The notes beneath the pieces are model-generated. The model worked only from the letters and a program-made list of their open reading frames with translations. It did no database searches and was not told where the DNA came from. 32,000 nucleotides of DNA from Nitrosopumilaceae archaeon (lineage in GTDB: Archaea; Thermoproteota; Nitrososphaeria; Nitrososphaerales; Nitrosopumilaceae), in the NCBI GenBank assembly GCA_965208905.1, contig OZ242365.1, positions 1,357,902 through 1,389,901 of the forward strand, given 5' to 3'. The first letter of the stretch is position 1. Each line of letters begins with the position of its first letter. The translations under genes and the position numbers were made by a program. Positions 1 through 7,866 of this stretch are shown here, piece by piece.

Positions 1-67
1 TATGATTTGTAGAGTCTATGACTATGTGTTCGCTGGTGCCTTTCGGCTCTACTGCTTTGTCATCCAA
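1..67 (-). CDS. rpl13: 50S ribosomal protein L13, 5' end only (runs off the window)
   Basis: Minus-strand frame reads (TTG)DDKAVEPKGTSEHIVIDSTNH. The VIDxxNH motif is typical of the L13 N-terminus, and the gene follows L18e as in the conserved archaeal rpoD-L18e-L13 cluster. The only in-frame start is TTG at 67-65, overlapping the L18e stop. Confidence 0.45.
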   Translation of the reverse strand, partial: MDDKAVEPKGTSEHIVIDSTNH

Positions 68-407
68 GAAGAATCACTCCGGTACCTGTTGGTCTTTCGT
101 TGGTCAGTGTCTTATAATCTAATATACGGCCACCAGCATTTGTGACCTTTGATACGGCAGTCTTAGATATGTCAAAGCAGAACAGCGATATGTTGTGTGT
201 TATGTCTCCGGTACCCAACACCTTACCTGGAAATATCACAACATCGCCATCTTTAGTCAACTTTTCAATACCATTAACATTTATGACTCTCTTGGAGATT
301 GCAGTCTTTAGTGCAAACTCTGAAACCCTCTTCCAGATGGGCGCCTTGTGCGTTACAGACATTCGTCTCAAATCTCGAGCCATGCGCACAATATGCTCAT
401 TTACCAT
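60..407 (-). CDS. rpl18e: 50S ribosomal protein L18e
   Basis: 115-aa ORF with ATG start. The sequence (KAPIWKRV...VIFPGKVLGTG...) and its size fit archaeal L18e, and it lies directly downstream of rpoD as in the conserved archaeal cluster. Confidence 0.85.
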   Translation of the reverse strand: MVNEHIVRMARDLRRMSVTHKAPIWKRVSEFALKTAISKRVINVNGIEKLTKDGDVVIFPGKVLGTGDITHNISLFCFDISKTAVSKVTNAGGRILDYKTLTNERPTGTGVILLG

Positions 408-434
408 GTCGTCATTGTCCCTAAAGTGCCCATA

Positions 435-1055
435 TTAATCTATGACTTGTTTGAACTCTTCTAGCCTGCCCGATAACTCTTGCATACCAGCCATTATGAT
501 ATCTGCAGGATCTCGAGATCCCGTAGTCTCTACCTTTAATTCAAACCCATCCTCTTCTGTGCCGGTCAATACGGAGATGTTTGCCGAGTTCCACTTTGCA
601 TGTTCGGACCCACGTCCTAATTTAGCATGACATTCCATGACTACTTTTTGCATGGGGGCCAATGTGGCTATTGGAATGTCATCGTTTACCGGCCTCACCT
701 CCGGGTCCTCAGAGGAGAGTCGTGCTGTTGTTACATCTGTAGTTTGATCAGTCTTACCCGAGTCTAGTACCAGCATGACAGTACTGTTGGAACCCTCATC
801 CTCCCCTTGATAGTCGCGCTGATCAGACATGTACTTCCCTGATGGTGTTGTGAGTGGCACCAATGCCAAGCGATGCGCCAGATACTCGTCGGCAAATACG
901 GTGGTGTTCTCTATTACATCTACTGTCTCTATGGCAAATGTGGGTACACCGTTTAGACATATTCGTCGGAGGGCATTGGCGTATTGTATGGGAAACCCAT
1001 TCATCTTTATGGTTATACTGGTATCACTTCTGTCTATTACCTCAACTGAATACAA
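435..1055 (-). CDS. rpoD: DNA-directed RNA polymerase subunit D (Rpo3)
   Basis: 206-aa ORF. The N-terminus (ITIKMNGFPIQYANALRRICLNGVPTFAIETVDVIENT...EYLAHRLALVPL) is the classic RpoD/Rpo3/RPB3 signature. Only a TTG start is available, because a TGA lies 4 codons upstream. Confidence 0.9.
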   Translation of the reverse strand: MYSVEVIDRSDTSITIKMNGFPIQYANALRRICLNGVPTFAIETVDVIENTTVFADEYLAHRLALVPLTTPSGKYMSDQRDYQGEDEGSNSTVMLVLDSGKTDQTTDVTTARLSSEDPEVRPVNDDIPIATLAPMQKVVMECHAKLGRGSEHAKWNSANISVLTGTEEDGFELKVETTGSRDPADIIMAGMQELSGRLEEFKQVID

Positions 1056-1168
1056 TCTAGTCTGTCAACTAATTTTACAAATATGAATGTAACTTTTTAC
1101 AGACACGTATGTATTTGCCCCTACCTCGCAACTGTATGCGGCCCACACAAGCTGGCAATAAACGGAAT

Positions 1169-1213
1169 TGTAACATCTATGTAACCGGAGCTGGGGCGTA
1201 ACACGCGTAACCC
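1169..1213 (-). promoter_or_regulatory. GTTAC-box bipartite intergenic element, copy a (points toward rpoD)
   Basis: Minus strand reads gggttacgcgtgttacg ccccagctcc ggttacatagatgttaca. Ungapped alignment with copy c matches 33 of 45 positions, with conserved boxes and a variable spacer. Confidence 0.45.
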
Positions 1214-1316
1214 AGCTGGCCTGTGTAGATGTGACAATTCTATGAGCGGGAAGAGGTTATCAAGATTATCGAAGGTTATTCGTCCACTTGGTGTGTATCC
1301 AACCCAATTCTATCTT

Positions 1317-1796
1317 CTAGGGCCAGTAACACCTGTGAATCAAACTGATAGAGCCTTCGCCATCGGGCCACTCATCGTATTCAATGCTATAATGACATCT
1401 GTTGAACTTCTTACTGAACTCGAAGTCGGTCGGGTCAACCCGGTGTAAAGTCTCACCATCCCCAACCATTCTAGGTATCTCCACACCACACTCCGCGACA
1501 AGAGTAGTGTTTGTAAACGTCAAACGATTACCCTCTTTGGTGACAGTTATGAGGCAATCATTTTGGCTGGTAGCATAGAGCGCTACACTTCCTAGGCTTT
1601 CTGTAATCGCTACACTCCACTCCTCAGGAATGCCTTCCAAGTCATGTGGCTGGTTATTGGTTGGCGGCACCCACCACCAACTCGGCACCACCATGTCAAA
1701 GATAAATCCTCCTACGATCACCAGCAGTCCGATGGTGGCATACTTATAGGTGTTGCGGGTCATGGTAGCTCCAACGTAGTGCACCGTTATAAGCAT
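1317..1796 (-). CDS. hypothetical membrane-anchored or secreted protein
   Basis: 159-aa ORF with one N-terminal hydrophobic helix (YATIGLLVIVGGFIFDMVV). No recognisable family. The real start may be the internal MTRNTYKY. Confidence 0.5.
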   Translation of the reverse strand: MLITVHYVGATMTRNTYKYATIGLLVIVGGFIFDMVVPSWWWVPPTNNQPHDLEGIPEEWSVAITESLGSVALYATSQNDCLITVTKEGNRLTFTNTTLVAECGVEIPRMVGDGETLHRVDPTDFEFSKKFNRCHYSIEYDEWPDGEGSISLIHRCYWP

Positions 1797-1814
1797 TAAG
1801 ATGATTCTGCCAGT

Positions 1815-1859
1815 CTGACTATGCGTGTTACACCACGATCAGATTACGTGGATGTTACA
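1815..1859 (+). promoter_or_regulatory. GTTAC-box bipartite intergenic element, copy b (upstream of the 81-aa ORF)
   Basis: Contains cgtgttaca, a spacer, then gattacgtggatgttaca. Box 2 ends 58 nt before the ATG at 1918. The spacer is one nt shorter than in copies a and c. Confidence 0.4.
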
Positions 1860-1917
1860 ACTCCACAGAATAGATAGATATCTAAGGTCGGTGTTTGCAT
1901 GTAACTGGTGAAGTGTA

Positions 1918-2163
1918 ATGTATGAAGACCGAATATTACGTCTATTAGAACAAAACCCAACAGCCTTATACACAGAGGAAGATATCCAATTAACACTCAT
2001 TGGTAAAAATTCGGACTTATTTCAACGACATAATCCGCTCATGATTAGTCCAGAACGCCATAACCTCACTAAGGCTTTGGCAAATTTGGTACAGCGGGGC
2101 AAAGTATACAAAAACAAAACCGAAAATAAAGTACTATGTGGTGTCCAACAATGGTTCTATTAG
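1918..2163 (+). CDS. small hypothetical protein (possibly winged-helix-like)
   Basis: 81-aa ORF with ATG start, preceded by GTTAC-box copy b. The helical N-terminus and LTKALANLVQRGKVYK segment recall a wHTH recognition helix and wing. This is a weak inference. Confidence 0.4.
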   Translation: MYEDRILRLLEQNPTALYTEEDIQLTLIGKNSDLFQRHNPLMISPERHNLTKALANLVQRGKVYKNKTENKVLCGVQQWFY

Positions 2164-2196
2164 CTTAACATAAGGCATTGTTGGGAAGTATGTTTT

Positions 2197-2241
2197 AGGT
2201 TACTCGTGTTATACTATACACCAGGTTACGTAGATGTTACA
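2197..2241 (+). promoter_or_regulatory. GTTAC-box bipartite intergenic element, copy c
   Basis: Reads aggttactcgtgttata ctatacacca ggttacgtagatgttaca. The ATG that opens the tracked ORF at 2234 lies inside box 2 (gtagATGttaca), which is non-coding in the other two copies. Confidence 0.45.
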
Positions 2242-2458
2242 GAATCCAATAAACACAACATTTAACAAAAGATATGCTTTATGCGCGGGGCGCCTGCTAG
2301 GAGCCTGCACAAGGCCATGCCGCGCAGTACCTGACAGGATAGTCCGCTGTCACCCGGAAGTGGGAATGCCCACTATCTACCAGAACAAGAATCTTTCCGT
2401 ACTTGCGGTACAGCCCAACCAAGCGCAGAACGAATGTTACAGAGTCGATTCTATTTAT

Positions 2459-3112
2459 ATGCGAACAATGAGAATACGGCGGATGAGCCGCCCCGTTGAC
2501 GTACTGTACAAGATAGTGTCCAGAAGAGGCTTGAGCAGGATGCTCACGTTCGACACACCCCATCTGTTCAAGGCTATCCACACGATGTTCCACCAGACGT
2601 ATACCAGCCGCCAAACACTATGCGACAGTCTACGTATAGGGGAGGGGGCAGCAAAGACTCTGGTGTTGCGCCTAAAGCAGTCCGGCCTGGCAGACACCAT
2701 ACGGGCAGGCATGTTTTTGACCGGCGATGGTAGGCGTTTTGCTGAGGAGATGTTCCGGACAATACCGTCTCAGTGCCCCGTGGGGCCATGTAGCGTAGCA
2801 AACCAGAGACACAATCACGCGATTCTCGTGAGAGGTTACGCATCGGGAATAGGCAGCGGCATAGACCAGCGCGACTATGCAATAATGTACGGAGCCAAAG
2901 GCGCGACCACCCTGGCCTTCAAAGGCGGCAGGTTCGTATTTCCCAATGAGGTGGTGGACTGCCTGGGCGAGGATCATGAGGCAAGGACCGCCCTGCTTGA
3001 TGGTCTGAGGCCCATGGATGGCGATCTGGTCATCACTGCGTCCGCTGACGATCCCCTCGTAGCTGAAATCTCTGCGATCAACTCCGCACTACGGACGCTA
3101 TACTCAGATTAG
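2459..3112 (+). CDS. conserved archaeal hypothetical protein (possibly DUF4443 family)
   Basis: This is the C-terminal 217 codons of the 2234..3112 ORF. I favour the start at ATG 2459 (or 2468/2483) because 2234 sits in a repeated non-coding element and a tttatat box lies at 2453. The GEGAAKTLVLRLKQSGL HTH-like segment and a glycine-rich C-terminal domain resemble small archaeal DUF4443-type proteins, judged from memory without a search. Confidence 0.6.
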   Translation: MRTMRIRRMSRPVDVLYKIVSRRGLSRMLTFDTPHLFKAIHTMFHQTYTSRQTLCDSLRIGEGAAKTLVLRLKQSGLADTIRAGMFLTGDGRRFAEEMFRTIPSQCPVGPCSVANQRHNHAILVRGYASGIGSGIDQRDYAIMYGAKGATTLAFKGGRFVFPNEVVDCLGEDHEARTALLDGLRPMDGDLVITASADDPLVAEISAINSALRTLYSD

Positions 3113-3189
3113 GCATCACCGATGATGCAGATGCCGTGTGTGGCGGCGCCTTTTCGCGCCCCTGTTGCCGTAAATGTGATGTACGCATG

Positions 3190-3921
3190 TCAGTGTTGCT
3201 CCAACTTTGTTTCGGAGTCTGGCCTAAACCTCTGCCACAGGGTACCCAGGATTATGGCTAACGCGGTCCAGAATATGGTGACGCCGACGGCCGACATAAT
3301 CCTGAATCCGTCCAGCAACTCTGCCTGAATTGTTACCTCGTCCAGGTTGGGCGGCATCAGCGCAAACGCAACAGCCACCAGCGCAGCATATCCGGCAAAG
3401 GCCACAAACCTTCTGTTCTTCGCCACCCGCCGGTACACCTGGTAAAAGCCCACGACACCAAATCCTGTGATGGCAATAAACGAGAGGTAGAGTACCGCGC
3501 GCAGTACGACTGTCTCGCCATCCCCCACCGTGGGTGGGTTCGCCGGGTACTTGAGGAACGGGACCAAGTATACAGAGAACCACATGATTGCAGCCAGTAC
3601 TGAGGCCCTCTTCAGATCACCCCCCTTTGGTAGGGCATCCCTGGACAGCGCATACACTATACCAAAGAGCGCCCCCATAGACGTTCCCAATATGGCGCTG
3701 GCCAAAACCTGCCCCTCTTTCTGCCAGATCCTGTACGACTCGTACTCCGTCCAGAACTCCGGGGTGTCTTCCGCCTGACCAGACGCAAACAAGGCCTGGT
3801 TCTCTATCATGATGGCACCATCCAAGTACGGCTCCACCAAGGCCAAGTTGGCTAGGCCATGAATGGTTCCCGCCGTTGCGCCTGCAACCAGCACTACTGC
3901 AATAAAAAGAATAGTCTTCAA
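3190..3921 (-). CDS. cbtA: putative cobalt transporter subunit CbtA
   Basis: 243-aa polytopic membrane protein with a signal/TM start. Its layout matches the CbtA family, and it lies immediately downstream of a clear cbtB. Confidence 0.75.
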   Translation of the reverse strand: MKTILFIAVVLVAGATAGTIHGLANLALVEPYLDGAIMIENQALFASGQAEDTPEFWTEYESYRIWQKEGQVLASAILGTSMGALFGIVYALSRDALPKGGDLKRASVLAAIMWFSVYLVPFLKYPANPPTVGDGETVVLRAVLYLSFIAITGFGVVGFYQVYRRVAKNRRFVAFAGYAALVAVAFALMPPNLDEVTIQAELLDGFRIMSAVGVTIFWTALAIILGTLWQRFRPDSETKLEQH

Positions 3922-3937
3922 GGCTACCTCTCAGAAT

Positions 3938-4156
3938 CTAGTGGCACGGAAATCCCGCTGCATGCCTCATGTCATGGGTCAACTCGTGAAGGTACATATC
4001 CTCAAACGCCTGTTCACCGAATGCTATACTAAAGATATGTCCCTGATCAAAGCCAACTATAAACAGGCCAACCGCAAATACCAGCCCCAGAACCACGATC
4101 GCAGCCACCGGTACCTTCCCAGGAGATATGGTAACTTGCATTAATGAATTTGTCAT
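3938..4156 (-). CDS. cbtB: putative cobalt transporter subunit CbtB
   Basis: 72-aa protein with one TM helix and the C-terminal HDMRHAAGFPCH signature of CbtB. A TATA-like tttatata lies about 25 nt upstream of the ATG. Confidence 0.8.
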   Translation of the reverse strand: MTNSLMQVTISPGKVPVAAIVVLGLVFAVGLFIVGFDQGHIFSIAFGEQAFEDMYLHELTHDMRHAAGFPCH

Positions 4157-4166
4157 ACCATTAGGC

Positions 4167-4481
4167 CTAACTCTTTGCTATATAAACCCTTGGATGATTT
4201 GTCCAATTTATAAATAAACCGTGTGGAAGACAATATTTCATAGTTTTCATGTCTTTCGGCTGCGGATCTGCATCGTAGACTCCTAGCCTGCCCGGAAAGC
4301 GCGGAACGTAGACGGATCCCGTCTCCCTAAACTCGGCCCGCAACCTCCGAATGTACCTTGGCGTTACTTCTGGCTCGGGTATCACGACCGACACCCTCTT
4401 GCCCTTCGCAAGTTGGTTCATGGCGTACCGGATGGCCTTAGATGCCAGGCGCTTTGTCATCTTTCTTCTTGATCGATACAA
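4167..4481 (-). pseudogene. N-terminal HTH fragment of an rve-type (IS481-like) integrase/transposase
   Basis: The segment AIRYAMNQLAKGKRVS...VTPRYIRRLRAEFRETG...PGR is the usual HTH N-terminus of archaeal rve integrases. No catalytic domain follows. The last codons of the ORF overlap the cbtB TATA box, so the tail is fortuitous. Confidence 0.4.
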
Positions 4482-4603
4482 TGTATAATACTCCTTTACG
4501 GTTTACTTGATATTAGTGGGACCTAATTGTCGTACAGTAGACCCGCTCCTTACCATGCATAAAATATATATACGATCCGGCGGTTGAATTCTCGTTGAAT
4601 AAA

Positions 4604-4759
4604 ATGCTATGCGGGCTAACTGTGATAACAGTGGCCTTATTGGCACGTGTAATACCAAATTTTGCCGCTGCAGAAGAACAGATACAAGCATCCTTCTTCC
4701 CATACTATGAATTTACCGAGAATTTTGATGTGCCAGAGGTGGCTCTAAATTGCAACTAG
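4604..4759 (+). pseudogene. remnant of a ZnuA/TroA-type metal-binding lipoprotein (signal peptide plus first strand only)
   Basis: 51-codon ORF below the track cutoff: MLCGLTVITVALLARVIPNFAAAEEQIQASFFPYYEFTENFDVPEVALNCN*. A signal peptide followed by (V)xxSFxPxYEF is the conserved start of cluster-9 solute-binding proteins. The ORF stops after about 25 mature residues and overlaps the ABC ATPase start. Confidence 0.4.
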
Positions 4760-5535
4760 ACACAATACTGAGTGTAAACGATCTTTGGGTTAATTATGGG
4801 ACGAAGATTGCTGTAGAGAGTGTAAGTTATGATGTACAAGAGGGTGATCTGGTAGGTGTGGTAGGTGCTAACGGATCTGGCAAGAGCTCTATGTTCAAAG
4901 CAATACTTGGATTATTACCTCATAGAGGTACTGTGAGCCTCTTTGGACGTGCATTTCATAGAGATCTGTTACGTTCAGTGGGATATGTTCCCCAAAAAAT
5001 CTCATTTGAACCTATGTTTCCGGCTACAGTATTTGATGTGGTCGCCATGGCATTGACGCGCGCTACCTTGACTCCAACCGATCGCCGGCACGGGATTGTA
5101 GATTCTGACATGTCCAACTCTGAGAAGGTAATGAAGTGCTTAAATACTGTTCGTATGTGGGGTCTACGTCACCGTAGAATAGGTGCACTCTCTGGAGGCG
5201 AGCTTCAAAGGGTCTTTATAGCGCAATCATTGGTGCGTAACCCATCATTACTAATAATGGACGAACCTGCAGTTGGCCTTGATGTAAAATCACAAAAACT
5301 GTTCTATTCCATAATGCAGGAGGCTAATAGTGAATATGGGATAACAATGATAGTGTCATTACACAACATGGACGTGGTTAAGGAGTACAGCAATAAGGTA
5401 GTTTGTATGAATCGTACATTAGCTTTTCATGGAAAAACATCTGACTTCTTTGCAGATGAAAAGTTATTGGGGCTGTGCACAGAATACAAACTACAAGATC
5501 GTCCTCATCCTCACGAACATTCACACGAGGCGTGA
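4750..5535 (+). CDS. metal (Zn/Mn-type) ABC transporter ATP-binding protein, ZnuC-like
   Basis: Walker A GANGSGKSS, ABC signature LSGGELQRV, Walker B LLIMDEP, and a His-rich tail HPHEHSHEA. The tracked start is TTG. Confidence 0.85.
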   Translation: MQLDTILSVNDLWVNYGTKIAVESVSYDVQEGDLVGVVGANGSGKSSMFKAILGLLPHRGTVSLFGRAFHRDLLRSVGYVPQKISFEPMFPATVFDVVAMALTRATLTPTDRRHGIVDSDMSNSEKVMKCLNTVRMWGLRHRRIGALSGGELQRVFIAQSLVRNPSLLIMDEPAVGLDVKSQKLFYSIMQEANSEYGITMIVSLHNMDVVKEYSNKVVCMNRTLAFHGKTSDFFADEKLLGLCTEYKLQDRPHPHEHSHEA

Positions 5536-5594
5536 TGTTGTATGTTACACTGAATATATGAGAGTTTTTGGTGCTATGAGTATGGAGATGCATA

Positions 5595-6407
5595 ATGTTA
5601 GAAATTCTTGAGTATGGTTTTATACAGAGGGCACTGATTTCTGGGATAGCCATTTCCGCTATATGTTCCATGGTGGGGTGCTTTTTGGTTATGCGTCGAT
5701 ATGCTCTCTTTGGGGATGGTATAGCCCATGTGGCATTTGGAGGTGTAGCTGTTGGACTGTTTATGGGAATAATCCCTTTCTGGTCGGCATTTGTTGTATC
5801 TATTCTGGGTAGTCTAGGGCTACAAAAGATGCAGAACTCTAAGGTTTCTGGAGAGGTGGCGGTTGCGGTCACTTTGGTCTCTGGCCTGTCGGTGGGTGTC
5901 ATACTAACTAGTATAGCTGGTGGCTTTACTTTAGACCTCTTTAGCTTTTTGTTTGGTAGTATTATACTGGTGAGTACCAATGACATGATTACAATACTAT
6001 CCATTAGTGGTGTGGTGGCTTTGGTAATAATTCTACTGTACAGAAGACTGTTATTCATTACATTTAATGCGGAATTGGCACGTGTATCTGGCATTCGGGT
6101 AACGCTTTTGAACTATCTGTTTGCAGTATTGGCGGCGATTACTGTTGTGGTTGCAATGAGACTTACTGGCATATTACTAATAACTGCCCTAATCGTTCTA
6201 CCCACGTTATCTGCCTCTAAATTTAATCGTGGATTCAAGGGTACAATGATAATATCTGCGGCGATATCATCCTCATCGGTGATTAGTGGAATATTCATCT
6301 CTTATCTGTTGGACTGGGCCCCCTCAGGTACTATAGTGGCGCTTTTAGTACTGTCTATGGTAGGAGTATACACTTCATATATGATAATGGGGCGCCTCTT
6401 CCGCTAA
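5595..6407 (+). CDS. metal ABC transporter permease (ABC-3 / ZnuB-like)
   Basis: 270-aa polytopic membrane protein with an MLEILEYGFIQRALI start and the overall pattern of the ABC-3 family. It lies directly downstream of the ATPase. Confidence 0.85.
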   Translation: MLEILEYGFIQRALISGIAISAICSMVGCFLVMRRYALFGDGIAHVAFGGVAVGLFMGIIPFWSAFVVSILGSLGLQKMQNSKVSGEVAVAVTLVSGLSVGVILTSIAGGFTLDLFSFLFGSIILVSTNDMITILSISGVVALVIILLYRRLLFITFNAELARVSGIRVTLLNYLFAVLAAITVVVAMRLTGILLITALIVLPTLSASKFNRGFKGTMIISAAISSSSVISGIFISYLLDWAPSGTIVALLVLSMVGVYTSYMIMGRLFR

Positions 6408-6415
6408 CATCCGTA

Positions 6416-7180
6416 TCAATAATGATTCTTTATGTGTTTACCGCAGTAGTGGGATCCAGCTATGGGTTTCTCTTTGCACACTATGAGTCGCCTGTGTTGG
6501 CAGTCTTCGGATTTAGGTAAAGACTTTGTAGCTATATCTTTAACGTAACGCGCCTCTACATGATCTGGTTCTATCCTTAATGCTGCATCACAACACTCTA
6601 TGGCCTCGGCGTATCGGCCCAGACGATCCATGGAAATGCCTTTGAGGTAGTATGCTTCCGCATTATTCAAGTCCATACCTAGTGCCTCATCAAAACATTT
6701 TATGGCCTCATCATATCTCTCTAAATTATTCATCGAGTCACCTTTGAATATGCGCGCTTGTACATTATTCGAGTCTATCTCTAGTGCCTTGTCATAACAC
6801 TCTATGGCCTCCTCATAGCGTCCCAAATTATAGATGGCATCGCCCTTGAAGACATGCATGTTCGTGTCATCTGGGTCTATCTGTAATGCTGCATCATAAC
6901 ACAACATGGCATCTTTGTACTGTTCTACGCGATACATGATATCGCCCTTTAACCTGTAAGCTTGTGCATTATTCGAGTCCATCTCTAGTGCTTTGTCACA
7001 ATACTCTATGGCCTTTGAATATTGCTTTAGATGATACAGAGCATCACCCTTGAACATGTAGGCCTCGCTATCGTTTGGGTCTGCCTTTATGGCTTCACTA
7101 TAACATTTTATTGCTTCATTGTAGTCTCCCACACTATGAAATTGATTCCCTTTAATTGTGAATTTATATTCCATGCTCAC
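6416..7180 (-). CDS. tetratricopeptide (TPR) repeat protein with a Cys/His-rich tail
   Basis: About six consecutive 34-aa repeats (xYxxAIECYDKALEIDxNNxxAxxxKGxxLxxLxR). The C-terminus is CQHRRLIVCKEKPIAGSHYCGKH. Confidence 0.85.
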   Translation of the reverse strand: MSMEYKFTIKGNQFHSVGDYNEAIKCYSEAIKADPNDSEAYMFKGDALYHLKQYSKAIEYCDKALEMDSNNAQAYRLKGDIMYRVEQYKDAMLCYDAALQIDPDDTNMHVFKGDAIYNLGRYEEAIECYDKALEIDSNNVQARIFKGDSMNNLERYDEAIKCFDEALGMDLNNAEAYYLKGISMDRLGRYAEAIECCDAALRIEPDHVEARYVKDIATKSLPKSEDCQHRRLIVCKEKPIAGSHYCGKHIKNHY

Positions 7181-7380
7181 CTATTACCTCCTCGTCTATT
7201 AAATATTTGAGATTCATGAACTTTAAACTACTAATATCTGATTCATAAAACACCCATAAGTTACCTACAAACATTTTGCACTCATATTATAATATAGAAT
7301 ACTAATTAAATATGTACTGAATAGGGAATTTATTGTGTAACTTTTTAATTATAGCAATTTTATCTCCAAACATATCGTAT

Positions 7381-7458
7381 GGAAGTATTTTGGTAACACA
7401 AAACAGATGTAAGATTTAGCGCATCAGCCACAACCAATATTTTGCAAATATGGACAGG
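7381..7458. repeat. 78-nt direct repeat, copy 1 (left border of the GC-rich cassette)
   Basis: Manual alignment matches 10065-10142 at 74 of 78 positions (mismatches at 7385, 7427, 7432, 7456). Confidence 0.9.
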
Positions 7459-7830
7459 GCTATCGGGATGATCCGGACGATGCCAATCCTCAAGACCTCC
7501 CGGGCCAGACTGACATACTTTATCGAGAGGCACGCCGCCACTGGTACCAAGATCTACACCGACGACAACGCGGCCTGCCGCAACCTGCTCAACCACGGGC
7601 CGTCGACTACTCGACAGGCGAGTACGTCCGGGGATGGGTCCATATCAACGGGATGGAGTCGTTCTGGGCCTTGCTACGGCGCGGCTATGACGGGGCGTTT
7701 CACCACTTGTCCAAGAAGCGCCTGCACCGGTACGCCAACAAGTTCACGGGGAGACTGCACGCCAGGGTCCTAGATATGATGGTCAGGAGTGTGGTCGGGA
7801 AGAGGCTGACGTATAGTCAACTGGTACAAG
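7456..7830 (+). pseudogene. IS1595-family transposase, C-terminal fragment with a frameshift
   Basis: Frame 1 reads LTYFIERHAATGTKIYTDDNAACRNLLNH. Frame 3 continues AVDYSTGEYVRGWVHINGMESFWALLRRGYDGAFHHLSKKRLHRYANKFTGR, the conserved ISXO2-like/IS1595 C-terminus. The shift is near 7595 in a G run, and the N-terminal half is absent. Confidence 0.6.
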
Positions 7831-7866
7831 TCTACCTTTATAACCAATTGTGTGTTACACTTAAAA

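Noticed and set aside
2234-2977. The ATG at 2234 as the gene start, and the four antisense ORFs (2297-2614, 2455-2712, 2574-2882, 2672-2977)
   Set aside because: The ATG at 2234 lies inside a repeated non-coding GTTAC-box. The antisense ORFs are typical shadow frames of a GC-rich gene with Arg/Pro/Gly-rich compositions.
5378-6094. 238-aa minus-strand ORF
   Set aside because: It is fully antisense to the ABC ATPase end and the permease, both of which have clear family signatures, and it has a low-complexity composition.
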